Under the pieces are notes generated by a model. That model was not told the origin of the DNA, did no database searches, and saw only the letters and a program-made list of their open reading frames with translations. The position numbers were made by a program, and so were the translations under genes. Shown here in pieces: positions 18,323-29,627 of a stretch of DNA of 64,000 bases; the first letter of the stretch is position 1; each line of letters starts with the position of its first letter. This stretch comes from Bacilli bacterium. Lineage in GTDB: Bacteria > Bacillota_I > Bacilli_A > RF39 > UBA660. The stretch is from positions 148 through 64,147 of the forward strand of contig JAFRQS010000032.1 in assembly GCA_017428495.1 (NCBI GenBank), given 5' to 3'.

Positions 18323-19690
18323 ATGAAAAAGAAGATATTAATTATAAGCGCAGTAGTATTAGTGGTTATTTTATTAGTTCTAAGATTTACTGTTTTTGGT
18401 GAGAGGTTATCTACAATCACTTTGGATATAAATCCAAGTATTGAACTTAAAGTAAATAAAAAAGATGAAGTAAAAAGTGTAAAAGCATTAAATGAAGATG
18501 CTAAAGAAATTGTTGATTTTAAATTTAATAATATGAAACTTGATGAAGTAGTAGGTGTTATTGCAGATAATGTAGTTGAAAAAGGGTATGTTAAAGAAGA
18601 TGAAGTAACAATACTTGTACATAATAGTTATAGTGCTAATAATGAAAAAGTAAAGGATATTGTAAACAAAAAATTTACTGAAAAAGAAATTGCTACTAAT
18701 GTTATTGTGGTTGAAAACATAAGTAAGGAAGATGAAAAACTCGCTAAAAAATATAATATAAGTCCTGCTAAAGCAGCATATGTTAATCAGATAAAGAAAG
18801 AAAATGAGGATATATCTACTGAAAATTTAATTGAAAAAGATGTTAGAGAATTAGATAATATTAAAGAAACAGGTAATTATTGTGATCCGGGATATACATT
18901 AAGAGGTAATGAATGTTTTAAAGAAATTAGTAAAGAACCTGCATCAAAAGGTAATGTATGCCCACGTGGTTATTATGAATATGAAGGTAAATGTTATGAA
19001 GAAGTAGGCATAGAAGAAAAAGAAGAATTTATATGTGCTGATGGTTTTAGTTTAAAAGAAGACAAATGTGTACTTACTGAAATTATAGATAGTGAAATAG
19101 AATATAAATGTACTACTGGTGAATTAATGAAAAAGGGAGATGTAAATCCTATTGGTTCAAAAGATAATGATAAATACTATTGTATCGATAAATCTACAGG
19201 TAAAGCACCTACATTAAGATGTTTAACTAATAGTGGTCATATAATGATTGGTGGAGTATGTTATAATGGACCAGCACCTCTTATTAATGGAGGATGCCCT
19301 GGTAATGATGTTGCAGTAAATGGTTGGTGTTATTCAAAAGATACATATGATCAATATGTATGTCCAGACGGTAATATATATGAAAAATCAAAGAATACAT
19401 ATGTCTCTTTATGTCCAGATACATTTACATATACTGAGCCTGAAATAAAAGGTTATAAATGCAGCGACGGATTTAAATTGGAAGATAAAAAATGTATAAG
19501 AGAAGATATTCAAGATGCATTACATGAAAGATATTGTAAAGATGGATATACTTTAGTAAATAATGATAGATGTATAAATATGAATAATACTATTGAAAAA
19601 CAAGATGGATATGTATGTAATAAGGAAGGTAGTATATTAGAAGATAATATGTGCATTAATTATGAAATATTAGAATCTAAACATTCTTGA
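18323..19690 (+). CDS. RsgI-like extracellular domain protein with Cys-rich repeats
   Basis: N-terminal TM, ITLDINPSIEL...ALNEDA (RsgI extracytoplasmic domain), then repeated CxxGYxLxxxxC units. Confidence 0.7.
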   Translation: MKKKILIISAVVLVVILLVLRFTVFGERLSTITLDINPSIELKVNKKDEVKSVKALNEDAKEIVDFKFNNMKLDEVVGVIADNVVEKGYVKEDEVTILVHNSYSANNEKVKDIVNKKFTEKEIATNVIVVENISKEDEKLAKKYNISPAKAAYVNQIKKENEDISTENLIEKDVRELDNIKETGNYCDPGYTLRGNECFKEISKEPASKGNVCPRGYYEYEGKCYEEVGIEEKEEFICADGFSLKEDKCVLTEIIDSEIEYKCTTGELMKKGDVNPIGSKDNDKYYCIDKSTGKAPTLRCLTNSGHIMIGGVCYNGPAPLINGGCPGNDVAVNGWCYSKDTYDQYVCPDGNIYEKSKNTYVSLCPDTFTYTEPEIKGYKCSDGFKLEDKKCIREDIQDALHERYCKDGYTLVNNDRCINMNNTIEKQDGYVCNKEGSILEDNMCINYEILESKHS

Positions 19691-19750
19691 TAGATTGTTG
19701 AAAATTATTATTGAATATATTATAATTAAATAAGAAGTAATGGTGATAAT

Positions 19751-20638
19751 ATGACAGAAGAACAAATTTTAGAAATGTGGAAAAAAGAAATATCAGAAAG
19801 TTTTCTTCCTAAAAAGAATAAACCAAATGGTATAGGAGAAATTGAAGGTTTTAAACAATTAATAGCAGGTATTCCTTTTAAAGATGCAAAAATAAGTACT
19901 ACAAAAGAAGTAGATACTAAGGTAAGAAGAGAAAGTAAACAATACCCATGCATAACAATGTATGTTGGTAAACATTCTGAAGTGGATGGTAATACAAAAG
20001 TTGTTTATATTGATTTTGAAGACAAGATAATAATGGAAAAAGAAAATGCATATTTTGCAGACTGGTATATGGAGCAAAAAACTGAAGATGGAATTTATGA
20101 TATTACTATTAAGATTAATAGCCCTGGGGAACTTGGTACTGCCATAGTTAAATTTAAACCTAATGCAATTTATGAAAGTGCATATCCTAATATTCCAGTT
20201 GAAGAAGTAAAGAGTGGATTGTTGGATAGAAAAGAAGGATTTATAACTCCAAATGTTTCAATATCTACAAAGAGTATTCCTGTTAGAGATGAGGATATCC
20301 CTAGATTAATCAATAAACTTGCAAAAGAGGGTTTAAAAGAGATTTATGAAACAGGGTCAATTAGTTTACCTGAAGAAAGTATGGCTGCAGAAGAACCAGC
20401 TGTTCAAATTATTGGGCAAGATGAACCAGTAATTGAATCACAACCAGAAGAAAAAGCTATAGAATTAGATCAAATGGGAATAATTTATGATGCTTTAAAA
20501 ACATTACAAGAGCATGCAGCTTATTTGTTATCTCAAGAACAATTAGAATTAATTGCTAGACTTGATGCAGTAAAGAAAATTAATGAAGAATTTGGTCAAG
20601 GACCAATTGGTGTTGAGGATTCTGCCAAATCAAAATAA
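19751..20638 (+). CDS. Hypothetical acidic protein
   Basis: 295-aa ORF, RBS ggtga, own -10 tataat; no recognised motif. Confidence 0.7.
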   Translation: MTEEQILEMWKKEISESFLPKKNKPNGIGEIEGFKQLIAGIPFKDAKISTTKEVDTKVRRESKQYPCITMYVGKHSEVDGNTKVVYIDFEDKIIMEKENAYFADWYMEQKTEDGIYDITIKINSPGELGTAIVKFKPNAIYESAYPNIPVEEVKSGLLDRKEGFITPNVSISTKSIPVRDEDIPRLINKLAKEGLKEIYETGSISLPEESMAAEEPAVQIIGQDEPVIESQPEEKAIELDQMGIIYDALKTLQEHAAYLLSQEQLELIARLDAVKKINEEFGQGPIGVEDSAKSK

Positions 20639-20707
20639 CAATTCAATATGAATTGTTATTTTTTTATTTATTTTAAAATTTATGGTATACTTATAATAGG
20701 TGATAGT

Positions 20708-21292
20708 ATGAAAGAATTTAAAAAGAGAATAAAGGAAAAAATAAAATTATATTCAAATGATGAATATTTAGATGGCTATATAAAAAATGAATTTTTATCA
20801 GAAGATGGATCTGCAAATATAATGTTAAAATTAAGGGATAAAGATGATTTGTTTGATTTAAGAACAGTTGGAAATCAGTTGGATGTTAATGAAAGAGTTT
20901 ATGATTATATAGAAGAAAAATCATCTATGTTAAATAATGATATATTACTTAATTTTCATATAATAGATAGTAAATTAAATAAGGAAGAGAAAGAAAAAGT
21001 AACAGATATTATAAAAGAACATTATGCTATAGAATTATATAAGATACAGAAAAAATATAAAAGAAGTAGAATTAAAATATTAAGATTGTTAATAATGGGA
21101 ATATTGTTTTTCTTTATATATTCATTTATTGCGTATAATACTGAATCAAAATTATTTATTGAAGTATTTGGATTTATGTTTTCTTTTACATTATGGGAAG
21201 CTTTTGAATATTTAATATATGATATGGTAGACATAAAAAGGGAAAGGGAATCAATAACTCAGAAATTACTTATGAATATAGACTTTGAGTAA
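20708..21292 (+). CDS. Hypothetical membrane protein (2 TM)
   Basis: RBS aggtga; two C-terminal hydrophobic helices. Confidence 0.7.
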   Translation: MKEFKKRIKEKIKLYSNDEYLDGYIKNEFLSEDGSANIMLKLRDKDDLFDLRTVGNQLDVNERVYDYIEEKSSMLNNDILLNFHIIDSKLNKEEKEKVTDIIKEHYAIELYKIQKKYKRSRIKILRLLIMGILFFFIYSFIAYNTESKLFIEVFGFMFSFTLWEAFEYLIYDMVDIKRERESITQKLLMNIDFE

Positions 21293-21329
21293 CTTTGTGA
21301 TATAATAAAATTATAATAGGAGGAATAAA

Positions 21330-22232
21330 ATGAGGGTAGTAGTAGCGTTAGGTGGTAATGCTTTGGGTAGTACAGTACCTGAACAATTGGAAAATACAAA
21401 AAAGACAGCTAAAAAATTAGTTGATTTAGTAGAAATGGGACATGAGATAATTATTACTCATGGTAATGGGCCACAGGTTGGAGTTATATATAAAGCAATG
21501 AGTAATGAGGGATTCCCTTTTGCTGAATGTGGTGCGATGAGTCAAGGATATATTGGGTATCATTTGCAACAGGCTATTCAAGCAGAACTTCAAAAAAGAA
21601 GAAAGAAAATGAGGATTGCTACAATTATATCTCAAGTTGAAGTTGATAAAAATGATTTAGCATTTAAAAATCCAACTAAGCCAATAGGAAATTTTTATAC
21701 TAAAGAAGAAGCAGAAAAATTATCTAGTGAAGGCTTAGGTGTATATAAAGAAGATGCTGGAAGAGGCTATAGAAAGGTAGTACCTTCTCCTATACCAATA
21801 AAAATATGCGAATTATCTACAATAGAAAAATCAGTAGAAGGTAAAAATATTGTCATTACATGTGGTGGTGGTGGAATACCAGTAATTGCCGCTAAAAATG
21901 GTTATAAAGGTGTAGATGCAGTAATTGATAAAGATAGAACGAGTTCTCTTTTGGCAACTAAGTTAAAAGCAGATATATTATTAATACTTACTACTGTAGA
22001 AAAAGTATCTATTAATTTTAATATGCCTAATGAGAAGAAACTTAGTAAGTTGACATTAAAAGAGGCAAAAAAATATATTGACAATAAAGAATTTAAAGAA
22101 GGTTCTATGTTACCTAAAATTGAAGCTTGTATTGAATTTGTAAAAAAATCTAATGGTAAGGCAATAATTACATCATTAGCAAAAGCTAAAAGTGCTATTG
22201 AAGGTAAGACAGGAACAATTATCGAAAAATAA
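21330..22232 (+). CDS. arcC: Carbamate kinase
   Basis: VVALGGNAL, THGNGPQVG, GGGGIPV, AVIDKD, GSMLPKI. Confidence 0.96.
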   Translation: MRVVVALGGNALGSTVPEQLENTKKTAKKLVDLVEMGHEIIITHGNGPQVGVIYKAMSNEGFPFAECGAMSQGYIGYHLQQAIQAELQKRRKKMRIATIISQVEVDKNDLAFKNPTKPIGNFYTKEEAEKLSSEGLGVYKEDAGRGYRKVVPSPIPIKICELSTIEKSVEGKNIVITCGGGGIPVIAAKNGYKGVDAVIDKDRTSSLLATKLKADILLILTTVEKVSINFNMPNEKKLSKLTLKEAKKYIDNKEFKEGSMLPKIEACIEFVKKSNGKAIITSLAKAKSAIEGKTGTIIEK

Positions 22233-22301
22233 ATTAGTAATAATACTAATTTTTTAGTATTGTAAATTTTTATGTTATAATTTATATAATAGAGGTATTG
22301 T

Positions 22302-23369
22302 ATGGAGAAGAAAGTTTTAGTTAAATTAGAAAATGTTAGTAAGAGTTTTGGAAGCGTTGAGGTTATAAAAAACATATCCCTTGATATTTATGAAGGAGAA
22401 TTTTTGACATTACTTGGACCTTCTGGATGTGGAAAAACTACAATTTTAAGAATGATATCAGGTCTTGATGATGTGACTACTGGTAAAGTATACATAGATG
22501 ATAAAGATATGACTAATGTAGATGCAACAAAAAGAGAAGTAAATACTATATTTCAAAATTTAGCATTATTTCCTAAAATGACTACAAAAGAAAATATAAG
22601 TTTTGGATTAAAAATGAAAAAAGTTGATAAAGCAGAAATAGATAAAAGAGTAGATGAAGTAATTAAATTAGTAAAATTACAAGGATTTGAAGATAGGTAT
22701 CCAAGTGAATTATCAGGAGGGCAACAACAAAGAGTTGCAATAGCGAGAAGTATTATAATGAATCCGAAAGTATTATTATTAGATGAATCTTTATGCTCTC
22801 TAGATTTAAAATTAAAAAAAGATATGCAAATTGAATTAAAAAGATTACAAAAAAAATTAGGAATCACATTTATATATGTTACTCATGCACAAGATGAGGC
22901 TTTAAGTATGAGTGATAGAATTGCTATTATAAATAATGGAGCAATTGAACAGTTAGATACTCCAAGTAATATATATAAATATCCAAAAACTTTATTTGTA
23001 GCAGATTTTATTGGTGAAGCTAATATAATAAATGCTAAAGTATTAGAAGTAGGTGATAATGAGATAAAAGTTTCAATGCTTCAAGATCATGTTGTAGACA
23101 TTAAAGCAGATAGTATATTTGAAAAGAATCAAGAATTAAAATTAGTTATTAGACCAGAAAATGTAAGAATATCGAAAAATGAACTTGCTAATGGTATAAA
23201 AGGGAGTATAAATGATATTACTTACAGTGGAGATAGTACTAAGTTATTAGTGAATATTCCGGGTAGTATAGATATAAAAGTATGTATAAATGATGATAAT
23301 AAATATGTATATAATGATGAAGTATATGTAAAATTTGATAGTAATTATATAATACCTTTGAGGAAGTAA
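22302..23369 (+). CDS. potA: Spermidine/putrescine ABC transporter ATP-binding subunit
   Basis: GPSGCGKTT, LSGGQQQRVAIAR, C-terminal TOBE-like region; operon context. Confidence 0.9.
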   Translation: MEKKVLVKLENVSKSFGSVEVIKNISLDIYEGEFLTLLGPSGCGKTTILRMISGLDDVTTGKVYIDDKDMTNVDATKREVNTIFQNLALFPKMTTKENISFGLKMKKVDKAEIDKRVDEVIKLVKLQGFEDRYPSELSGGQQQRVAIARSIIMNPKVLLLDESLCSLDLKLKKDMQIELKRLQKKLGITFIYVTHAQDEALSMSDRIAIINNGAIEQLDTPSNIYKYPKTLFVADFIGEANIINAKVLEVGDNEIKVSMLQDHVVDIKADSIFEKNQELKLVIRPENVRISKNELANGIKGSINDITYSGDSTKLLVNIPGSIDIKVCINDDNKYVYNDEVYVKFDSNYIIPLRK

Positions 23370-23370
23370 T

Positions 23371-24225
23371 ATGAAGAAGAATAGTGGATTTAAGTCATTT
23401 TTCATATTACCTATAATTATTTATACTTTTGTATTAATACTTTTACCAATAATATATATTTTGTTTTTGAGCTTTTGTACTAGTGATTCTTATGGAGGAA
23501 TATTATATAATTTTACACTTGATAATTATTTAAATATATTTGATATGACTTATATAAAAATGTTATTAAAATCAAGTTTAATTGCCCTTGTAACAACATT
23601 TATATGTATATTAATATCATATCCATTTGCCTTAATATTACGTAATAAGAGTGAACATATTAAAAATTTAACTACTAAACTAATAATGGTACCATTCTTA
23701 ACAAATTCACTTATTAGAACTTATGGTTGGATTATATTATTAAGAAAAAATGGTATTATAAATAAATTTCTTACAAGTTTAGGAATAATAGCATTCCCAC
23801 TCAATTTAATGTATAACAAATTGGGTATAATTATAGGTATGACGTATACTTTGTTACCATTTATGCTACTACCGGTTTGTTCTGCTGTATTTGAAATAGA
23901 TAAGAGCTTAATAGAAGCTGCTAAGGATTTAGGTGCAAAACCATTACAAATATTTAAAAATATAATATTACCGCAAACAATATCAGGAGTATTTAATGGC
24001 TCATTGATGGTATTTATACCTGCAATAGGATATTTCTTTATAGCTGATATATTAGGTGGTGGAAAGACTATGATAATTGGTAATTTAATAAAGAATCAAT
24101 TTTTAACTGCTAGAAATTGGCCATTTGGATCTGCTATAGCTATATTCTTAATAATTATTACATTTGCACTAGTTAAAGTATATAAAAAGCTTGGTGGTAA
24201 GATGGAAGAATTAGGAGGTCTATAA
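23371..24225 (+). CDS. potB: Spermidine/putrescine ABC transporter permease
   Basis: TNSLIRTYGW, EAAKDLGA EAA motif, RNWPFGSA. Confidence 0.9.
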   Translation: MKKNSGFKSFFILPIIIYTFVLILLPIIYILFLSFCTSDSYGGILYNFTLDNYLNIFDMTYIKMLLKSSLIALVTTFICILISYPFALILRNKSEHIKNLTTKLIMVPFLTNSLIRTYGWIILLRKNGIINKFLTSLGIIAFPLNLMYNKLGIIIGMTYTLLPFMLLPVCSAVFEIDKSLIEAAKDLGAKPLQIFKNIILPQTISGVFNGSLMVFIPAIGYFFIADILGGGKTMIIGNLIKNQFLTARNWPFGSAIAIFLIIITFALVKVYKKLGGKMEELGGL

Positions 24226-25007
24226 TGAAGCATAAATTGTTAAAAAATTTATTTATACTCTTAGTATTCTTCTTCCTTTATTTACCAATAATTGTACTTA
24301 TAATATATTCATTTAATAGTTCTTCAATGAATATACTATTTGAAAATTTTACTTTTAAATGGTATATAGAATTATTTAAAAATAATGATTTAATTATGTC
24401 TTTTGTTAATACACTTATAGTAGCTTTAACAAGTACAATAATATCTACTATAATTGGTACTATATCTGCATATGGATTATATAAATTTGATTTTCCACTA
24501 AAAAAATTAATCAATAGTTTAATTTATATACCAATAGTAATACCAGAAATAGTTTTAGGAATTTCACTTTTATCAATATATACACTTATGAAATTAGAAC
24601 TAGGTATGTTTACAATAATATTATCACACATAGCATTTTCAATACCATTTGTAATAGTAAGTGTAAGAAGTGCATTATCTAGTGAAACGGTTTATTATGA
24701 AGAAGCGGCAAAAGATTTAGGTGCAAGTAATTTTAAAATATTTAAGGATATAATTTTACCTGTAATTATGCCTGGAGTTGTGAGTGGTGCTATTTTGGCA
24801 TTTACATTATCATTAGATGATGTGGTAATAAGCTATTTTACTGCTGGTCCAGGAAGTAATACATTACCATTATATATTTATTCTATGATAAAAACAGGTA
24901 TAACTCCTGATGTAAATGCATTAACAACTATAATGCTAACAATAACTTTTATCACACTTACATCTATTGCAGTTATACAAAGTAGAAAGATAAGGAAGAG
25001 AATATGA
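24225..25007 (+). CDS. potC: Spermidine/putrescine ABC transporter permease
   Basis: FLYLPIIVLIIYSFN, AFTLSLDDVVISYF. Confidence 0.9.
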   Translation: MKHKLLKNLFILLVFFFLYLPIIVLIIYSFNSSSMNILFENFTFKWYIELFKNNDLIMSFVNTLIVALTSTIISTIIGTISAYGLYKFDFPLKKLINSLIYIPIVIPEIVLGISLLSIYTLMKLELGMFTIILSHIAFSIPFVIVSVRSALSSETVYYEEAAKDLGASNFKIFKDIILPVIMPGVVSGAILAFTLSLDDVVISYFTAGPGSNTLPLYIYSMIKTGITPDVNALTTIMLTITFITLTSIAVIQSRKIRKRI

Positions 25008-26002
25008 AGAAATTAATAATATTATTTATAAGTATATTTTTACTTTGTGGATGTACAAATAAAAGTTATGATGGTGAAATAAATGTGCTTAATTGGACAA
25101 GTTATATACCATATGAAATTATAAGAGATTTTGAAAAAGAATATAATATCAAAGTTAATTATGGTACTTATTCATCAAATGAGGAATTGCTTGCTAAAAT
25201 ATCTTCTTCAAAAGAAGGTACATATGATTTAATATTTCCAAGTGATTATATGGTAGAACTTATGATAGATAGGAATATGTTAGATGAAATAGATATTAGC
25301 AAGATACCGAATTATTCAAATATTAACTCATTATTTTTAAAACAAAGTTTTGATATTGATAATAAATATTCATTGCCATTTTTAGCTGCTACTACAGTAA
25401 TTACAATAAATAGAGAAACTATAAAAGATAGTATAGTTAGTTATAATGATTTGTTTAGTAGTAAATATGAAAATGATATAGTTTTATTAGATGATCAAAG
25501 GATAGTAATTGGAATGGCTTTACAAGCAAATGGATATTCAATGAATGAAATAGAAAATGATAAATTAGATAAAGCAAAAGAATGGCTTTTAAAATTAAAT
25601 AAAAATGTTAAAGCTTTTGATAGTGATAGCCCCAAAACATTTTTAATTACTAAAGAAGTGGATTTGGGAGTTATGTGGAATGCTGAAGCTATAATTGCTA
25701 AAGAACAAAATGATAATATTGAGATAGTATATCCTACTGATGGTTTTGCAATAAGTTTAGATAATTATACTATTGTAAAAGGAGCTAAAAATAAAGATAA
25801 TGCTTATAAATTTATCAATTATTTACTTAGAAGTGATGTGAGTAAAAAAATAACAGATGAATATCCATATATAAATACTGGATTATATAGCAAGAATGTT
25901 TCAGATGAAGAATTATCAAATATTCTATATAATGGTTCATATGTTAAAAATATAGGTATGAATATAGCAGCATATGATAGAATTTGGGCAGAAATTAAGT
26001 AG
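25004..26002 (+). CDS. potD: Spermidine/putrescine-binding lipoprotein
   Basis: Lipobox LLCGC; NWTSYI, YSSNEEL, YDLIFPSDYMV. Confidence 0.9.
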   Translation: MKKLIILFISIFLLCGCTNKSYDGEINVLNWTSYIPYEIIRDFEKEYNIKVNYGTYSSNEELLAKISSSKEGTYDLIFPSDYMVELMIDRNMLDEIDISKIPNYSNINSLFLKQSFDIDNKYSLPFLAATTVITINRETIKDSIVSYNDLFSSKYENDIVLLDDQRIVIGMALQANGYSMNEIENDKLDKAKEWLLKLNKNVKAFDSDSPKTFLITKEVDLGVMWNAEAIIAKEQNDNIEIVYPTDGFAISLDNYTIVKGAKNKDNAYKFINYLLRSDVSKKITDEYPYINTGLYSKNVSDEELSNILYNGSYVKNIGMNIAAYDRIWAEIK

Positions 26003-26059
26003 ACAATTTTAATTAAAAATACTATAATTAAGATATATAGTAGTGGAAGGAGGTGAAGT

Positions 26060-27028
26060 ATGCAGAGAAATTTCGTAGATACGCAAGATTTTACAAAAGA
26101 TGAGATTCTAAGAATGAAAGATTTGGGTATTAAAATAAAGAAATATATCAAAGATGGTAATTACTTAGATGTTCTTCACCATAAAACTTTAGGTATGATT
26201 TTTGAACAAAAATCTACTAGAACTAGAGTATCATTTGAAACAGCTATGGAACAATTGGGTGGCCATGCTCAATATTTAGCACCAGGTCAAATTCAATTAG
26301 GAGCTCATGAAAGTTTATATGATACAGCTAAAGTTTTAGGAAGGCTTACAGATATCTTAATGGCACGTGTTATTAAACATGAATCTATTGTTACTTTAGC
26401 AAAACATGCTGGAGTACCAGTAATTAATGGAATGAGTGATTACAATCATCCAACTCAAGAATTAGGAGATTTAATTACAATATTTGAACATAAACCAGCA
26501 GGTAAGAGATTTGAAGATTTAAAAATAGTATTTTTTGGTGATGCTACTCAAGTTTGTGCAAGTTTAGCTATGCTTACTACACATTTAGGTGGTCATTTCG
26601 TTCAATATGGACCAAAAGGATTCCAATTGAATGAACATTTTAGAGAAATTTGTAGAAAGAACTGTGAAGCATCAGGTGGTACATTCTTAATTACTGAAAA
26701 TGAAGAAGAAGCAGTAAAAGATGCAGACTTTATTTATACTGATGTATGGTATGGTTTGTATGAATCAGAATTACCTGAAGAAGAAAGAATGAAAATATTC
26801 TATCCAAAATATCAAGTAAATATGGATATAATAAAGAAGGCAAGCCCAACTGTTAAGTTTATGCACTGTCTTCCTGCTACAAGAGGTGAAGAAGTTACTG
26901 ATGAAGTAATGGATTCAGAATATTCTGTAGTATTTGATGAAGCTGAAAATAGACTTACAGCTATGAGAGCGTTACTTGTATATTTTATGGGTAAAGAAGA
27001 AGAAACTTTAAAGATTATTGAAGGTTAG
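26060..27028 (+). CDS. ptcA: Putrescine carbamoyltransferase
   Basis: [17 protein letters not shown] carbamoyltransferase motifs; YTDVWYGLY typical of putrescine transcarbamylase; adjacent to aguA. Confidence 0.92.
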   Translation: MQRNFVDTQDFTKDEILRMKDLGIKIKKYIKDGNYLDVLHHKTLGMIFEQKSTRTRVSFETAMEQLGGHAQYLAPGQIQLGAHESLYDTAKVLGRLTDILMARVIKHESIVTLAKHAGVPVINGMSDYNHPTQELGDLITIFEHKPAGKRFEDLKIVFFGDATQVCASLAMLTTHLGGHFVQYGPKGFQLNEHFREICRKNCEASGGTFLITENEEEAVKDADFIYTDVWYGLYESELPEEERMKIFYPKYQVNMDIIKKASPTVKFMHCLPATRGEEVTDEVMDSEYSVVFDEAENRLTAMRALLVYFMGKEEETLKIIEG

Positions 27029-27037
27029 GAGTAAAAA

Positions 27038-28444
27038 ATGGAAAAGAAGAAAAAATTTAGATTATTTGATGCCATTTTGGGAACAGTATGTTTAACATTA
27101 GTATGTGAATCTGTTATGCCAACTGCCGCAATAGGTAATACTCAATATGCATGGTGGATATTACTTCTAATAGGATTTTGTTTACCATATGGTATGATTA
27201 CTGCTGAGCTTGGTACAACTTATCCAAGTGAAGGTGGTATGTATGATTGGGTAAAAAGAGCATTTGGTCCTAAATGGGCTGGACGTGTTGCATGGAACTA
27301 TTGGGTTAACTTCCCACTATGGATTGCATCACTTGCTGTAGCAGTTACAGACATAATATGCGGAATGTTTAATGTAGAACTTAATATATGGTTGATATTA
27401 TTAATACAACTTGCATATATTTGGTTAGTAACATTCTTAAGTACAAAAAGAATAGGTGAAAGTAAGGGTGTTGTTAACTTAGGAACAGCATTCAAAGTAT
27501 TCTTATTATTAGGTATTGGTATTTTAGGTATATATACAGTTATTAAAACTGGAGAAAGTGCTAATCCCATAACAAGTTTTAAAGATTTAATACCAGATTT
27601 CTCATTAAATATAGATACTGGTTTACCATTTATTTCAATTATTTTATTTAACTTTATGGGATTTGAAGTAGTTGGAACATGGGTAGATGATATGGATAAT
27701 CCTAAAAAAGATATTCCAAAAGCATTAATATTTGGTGGGTTATTAATGGCTATATTCTATATTTTACCAGCAACAGGATTTAATATTGCTTTAAGTCCAG
27801 ATGTAGTTGGTGAAATGGATCCAGAAAATGTTGTAGAAGTATTAACTGCATTGTTTGCAGCAGTTGGTATTGGTGCATCTGCACTTAAAGTATTAGTTAT
27901 AATTGCAGGATTTATGTTTATCTATACATTTATAGCTAATATTGCATCATGGTCATTTGGTGTTAATTCGGTTGCTAAATATGCAGCAGATGATGGCTCT
28001 ATGCCAAAAATGTTTAGTAAAACAAATGAAGAAGGTGTTGCTGTAAATGGAGCTATAATTAATGGAGTAGTTGCATCATTAATAGTTATTGGTGGAGTAG
28101 TTGCATCATTAATTAGTGAAGATTTTGAAGCAGGATTTAGTTTGTTCTTCTGTTTAAGTTGGATTACATTATTAGTTGGTTATATTCCAATGTTTATGGC
28201 ATTCTTAAAACTTAGAAAAACAGACGCAAATGTAGAAAGACCTTATAAAGTACCAGGTGGCAAATTTATGATTAAAGTAGCTGCTATAGTACCATTTATA
28301 ATTTTAATATTAGGTGTTGTATTTACATTGTTTGGCGATTTCTCATTAGAATATATTCAAGATAATATACCATTACTTGCTGGTGTTGTATTATCATTCA
28401 TAATTGAAGAAATATTAGTAGCAAGAATTAAATCTAAAAAATAA
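27038..28444 (+). CDS. aguD: Agmatine/putrescine antiporter (APC family)
   Basis: 12-TM APC transporter, AELGTTYPSEGG, FNFMGFE; between ptcA and aguA. Confidence 0.85.
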   Translation: MEKKKKFRLFDAILGTVCLTLVCESVMPTAAIGNTQYAWWILLLIGFCLPYGMITAELGTTYPSEGGMYDWVKRAFGPKWAGRVAWNYWVNFPLWIASLAVAVTDIICGMFNVELNIWLILLIQLAYIWLVTFLSTKRIGESKGVVNLGTAFKVFLLLGIGILGIYTVIKTGESANPITSFKDLIPDFSLNIDTGLPFISIILFNFMGFEVVGTWVDDMDNPKKDIPKALIFGGLLMAIFYILPATGFNIALSPDVVGEMDPENVVEVLTALFAAVGIGASALKVLVIIAGFMFIYTFIANIASWSFGVNSVAKYAADDGSMPKMFSKTNEEGVAVNGAIINGVVASLIVIGGVVASLISEDFEAGFSLFFCLSWITLLVGYIPMFMAFLKLRKTDANVERPYKVPGGKFMIKVAAIVPFIILILGVVFTLFGDFSLEYIQDNIPLLAGVVLSFIIEEILVARIKSKK

Positions 28445-28449
28445 TTAAT

Positions 28450-28472
28450 AGGGATTTCAAAATGAAATCCCT
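28450..28472 (+). other. Intercistronic hairpin
   Basis: agggatttca-aaa-tgaaatccct, 10-bp perfect stem, no U-tract. Confidence 0.6.
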
Positions 28473-28492
28473 TATATAAAAAGGAGTTTTTT

Positions 28493-29602
28493 ATGAAAAG
28501 AATAGAAAAAACTACACCAAAAAAAGATGGTTATAGAATGCCAGCCGAGTATGAAAAGCATAGTGGAACATACATTATTTGGCCAGAAAGACCAGATAAC
28601 TGGAGGTTAGGTGCTAAACCTGCTCAAAAAACATTTGTAGAAGTGGCAAGTGTTATTGGTAAATATGAACCATGTACTGTAGTTGTAAGTGGTTGGCAAT
28701 ATGCAAATGCAAGAGGAATGTTACCAGATTATGTTAAAGTAGTAGAAATGAGTAATAATGATTCTTGGATTAGAGATTGTGGGGCAACATTTTTAGTAAA
28801 TGACAAAGGTGGTTTACGTGCAGTAGACTGGAGCTTTAATGCTTGGGGAGGTTTAGTAGATGGATTATATTTCCCTTGGGATAAAGATGATATGGTTGCA
28901 CAAAAGATGTGTGAATTAGAAGGTGCTGATAGGTATCGATTAGATGACTTTGTATTAGAAGGTGGAAGTATACATGTAGATGGTGATGGAACTGCTATGG
29001 TAACTTCAGAATGTTTATTATCAAAAGGTAGAAATCCACATTTAAGTCAAAAAGAAATAGAACAAGTATTAAAAGATTATTTAAATGTAGAAAAAGTTCT
29101 TTGGATACCAAAAGGGATATTTAATGATGAAACAAATGGACATGTAGACAATATGTGTAATTTTGTTAAACCAGGAGTAGTAGTACTTGCATGGACTGAT
29201 GATGAAAATGATCCTCAATATTCAAGAAGTAAAAAAGCATATGAATATTTATCAAAGGAGAAAGATGCAAAAGGAAGAAAATTAGAAATTCATAAGTTGT
29301 TAATTCCTAAGAAGCCAATACTAATAACAAAAGAAGAAAGTTTAGGAGTTGATGCTGTTGATGGTACATTACCTAGACAAAAAGGTGATAGAATGGCTGC
29401 TTCATATGTTAACTATTATACAGGTAATGGCTTTGTAGCTCTTCCTATATTTGGTGATGAACATGATAAACTTGCAATAAAGAAATTGCAAGAATTATAT
29501 CCTGATCGAGTAATTGAGCCAATATATGCAAGAGAGATTCTATTAGGTGGTGGCAATATTCATTGCATTACTCAACAAGTACCTTTTGTAAAAAAAGATT
29601 AA
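28493..29602 (+). CDS. aguA: Agmatine deiminase
   Basis: [40 protein letters not shown]. Confidence 0.97.
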   Translation: MKRIEKTTPKKDGYRMPAEYEKHSGTYIIWPERPDNWRLGAKPAQKTFVEVASVIGKYEPCTVVVSGWQYANARGMLPDYVKVVEMSNNDSWIRDCGATFLVNDKGGLRAVDWSFNAWGGLVDGLYFPWDKDDMVAQKMCELEGADRYRLDDFVLEGGSIHVDGDGTAMVTSECLLSKGRNPHLSQKEIEQVLKDYLNVEKVLWIPKGIFNDETNGHVDNMCNFVKPGVVVLAWTDDENDPQYSRSKKAYEYLSKEKDAKGRKLEIHKLLIPKKPILITKEESLGVDAVDGTLPRQKGDRMAASYVNYYTGNGFVALPIFGDEHDKLAIKKLQELYPDRVIEPIYAREILLGGGNIHCITQQVPFVKKD

Positions 29603-29627
29603 AAAAACAGTTAATAACTGTTTTTTT
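29601..29627. terminator. Bidirectional intrinsic terminator
   Basis: aaaaaaacagtt-aat-aactgttttttt between convergent genes. Confidence 0.8.
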
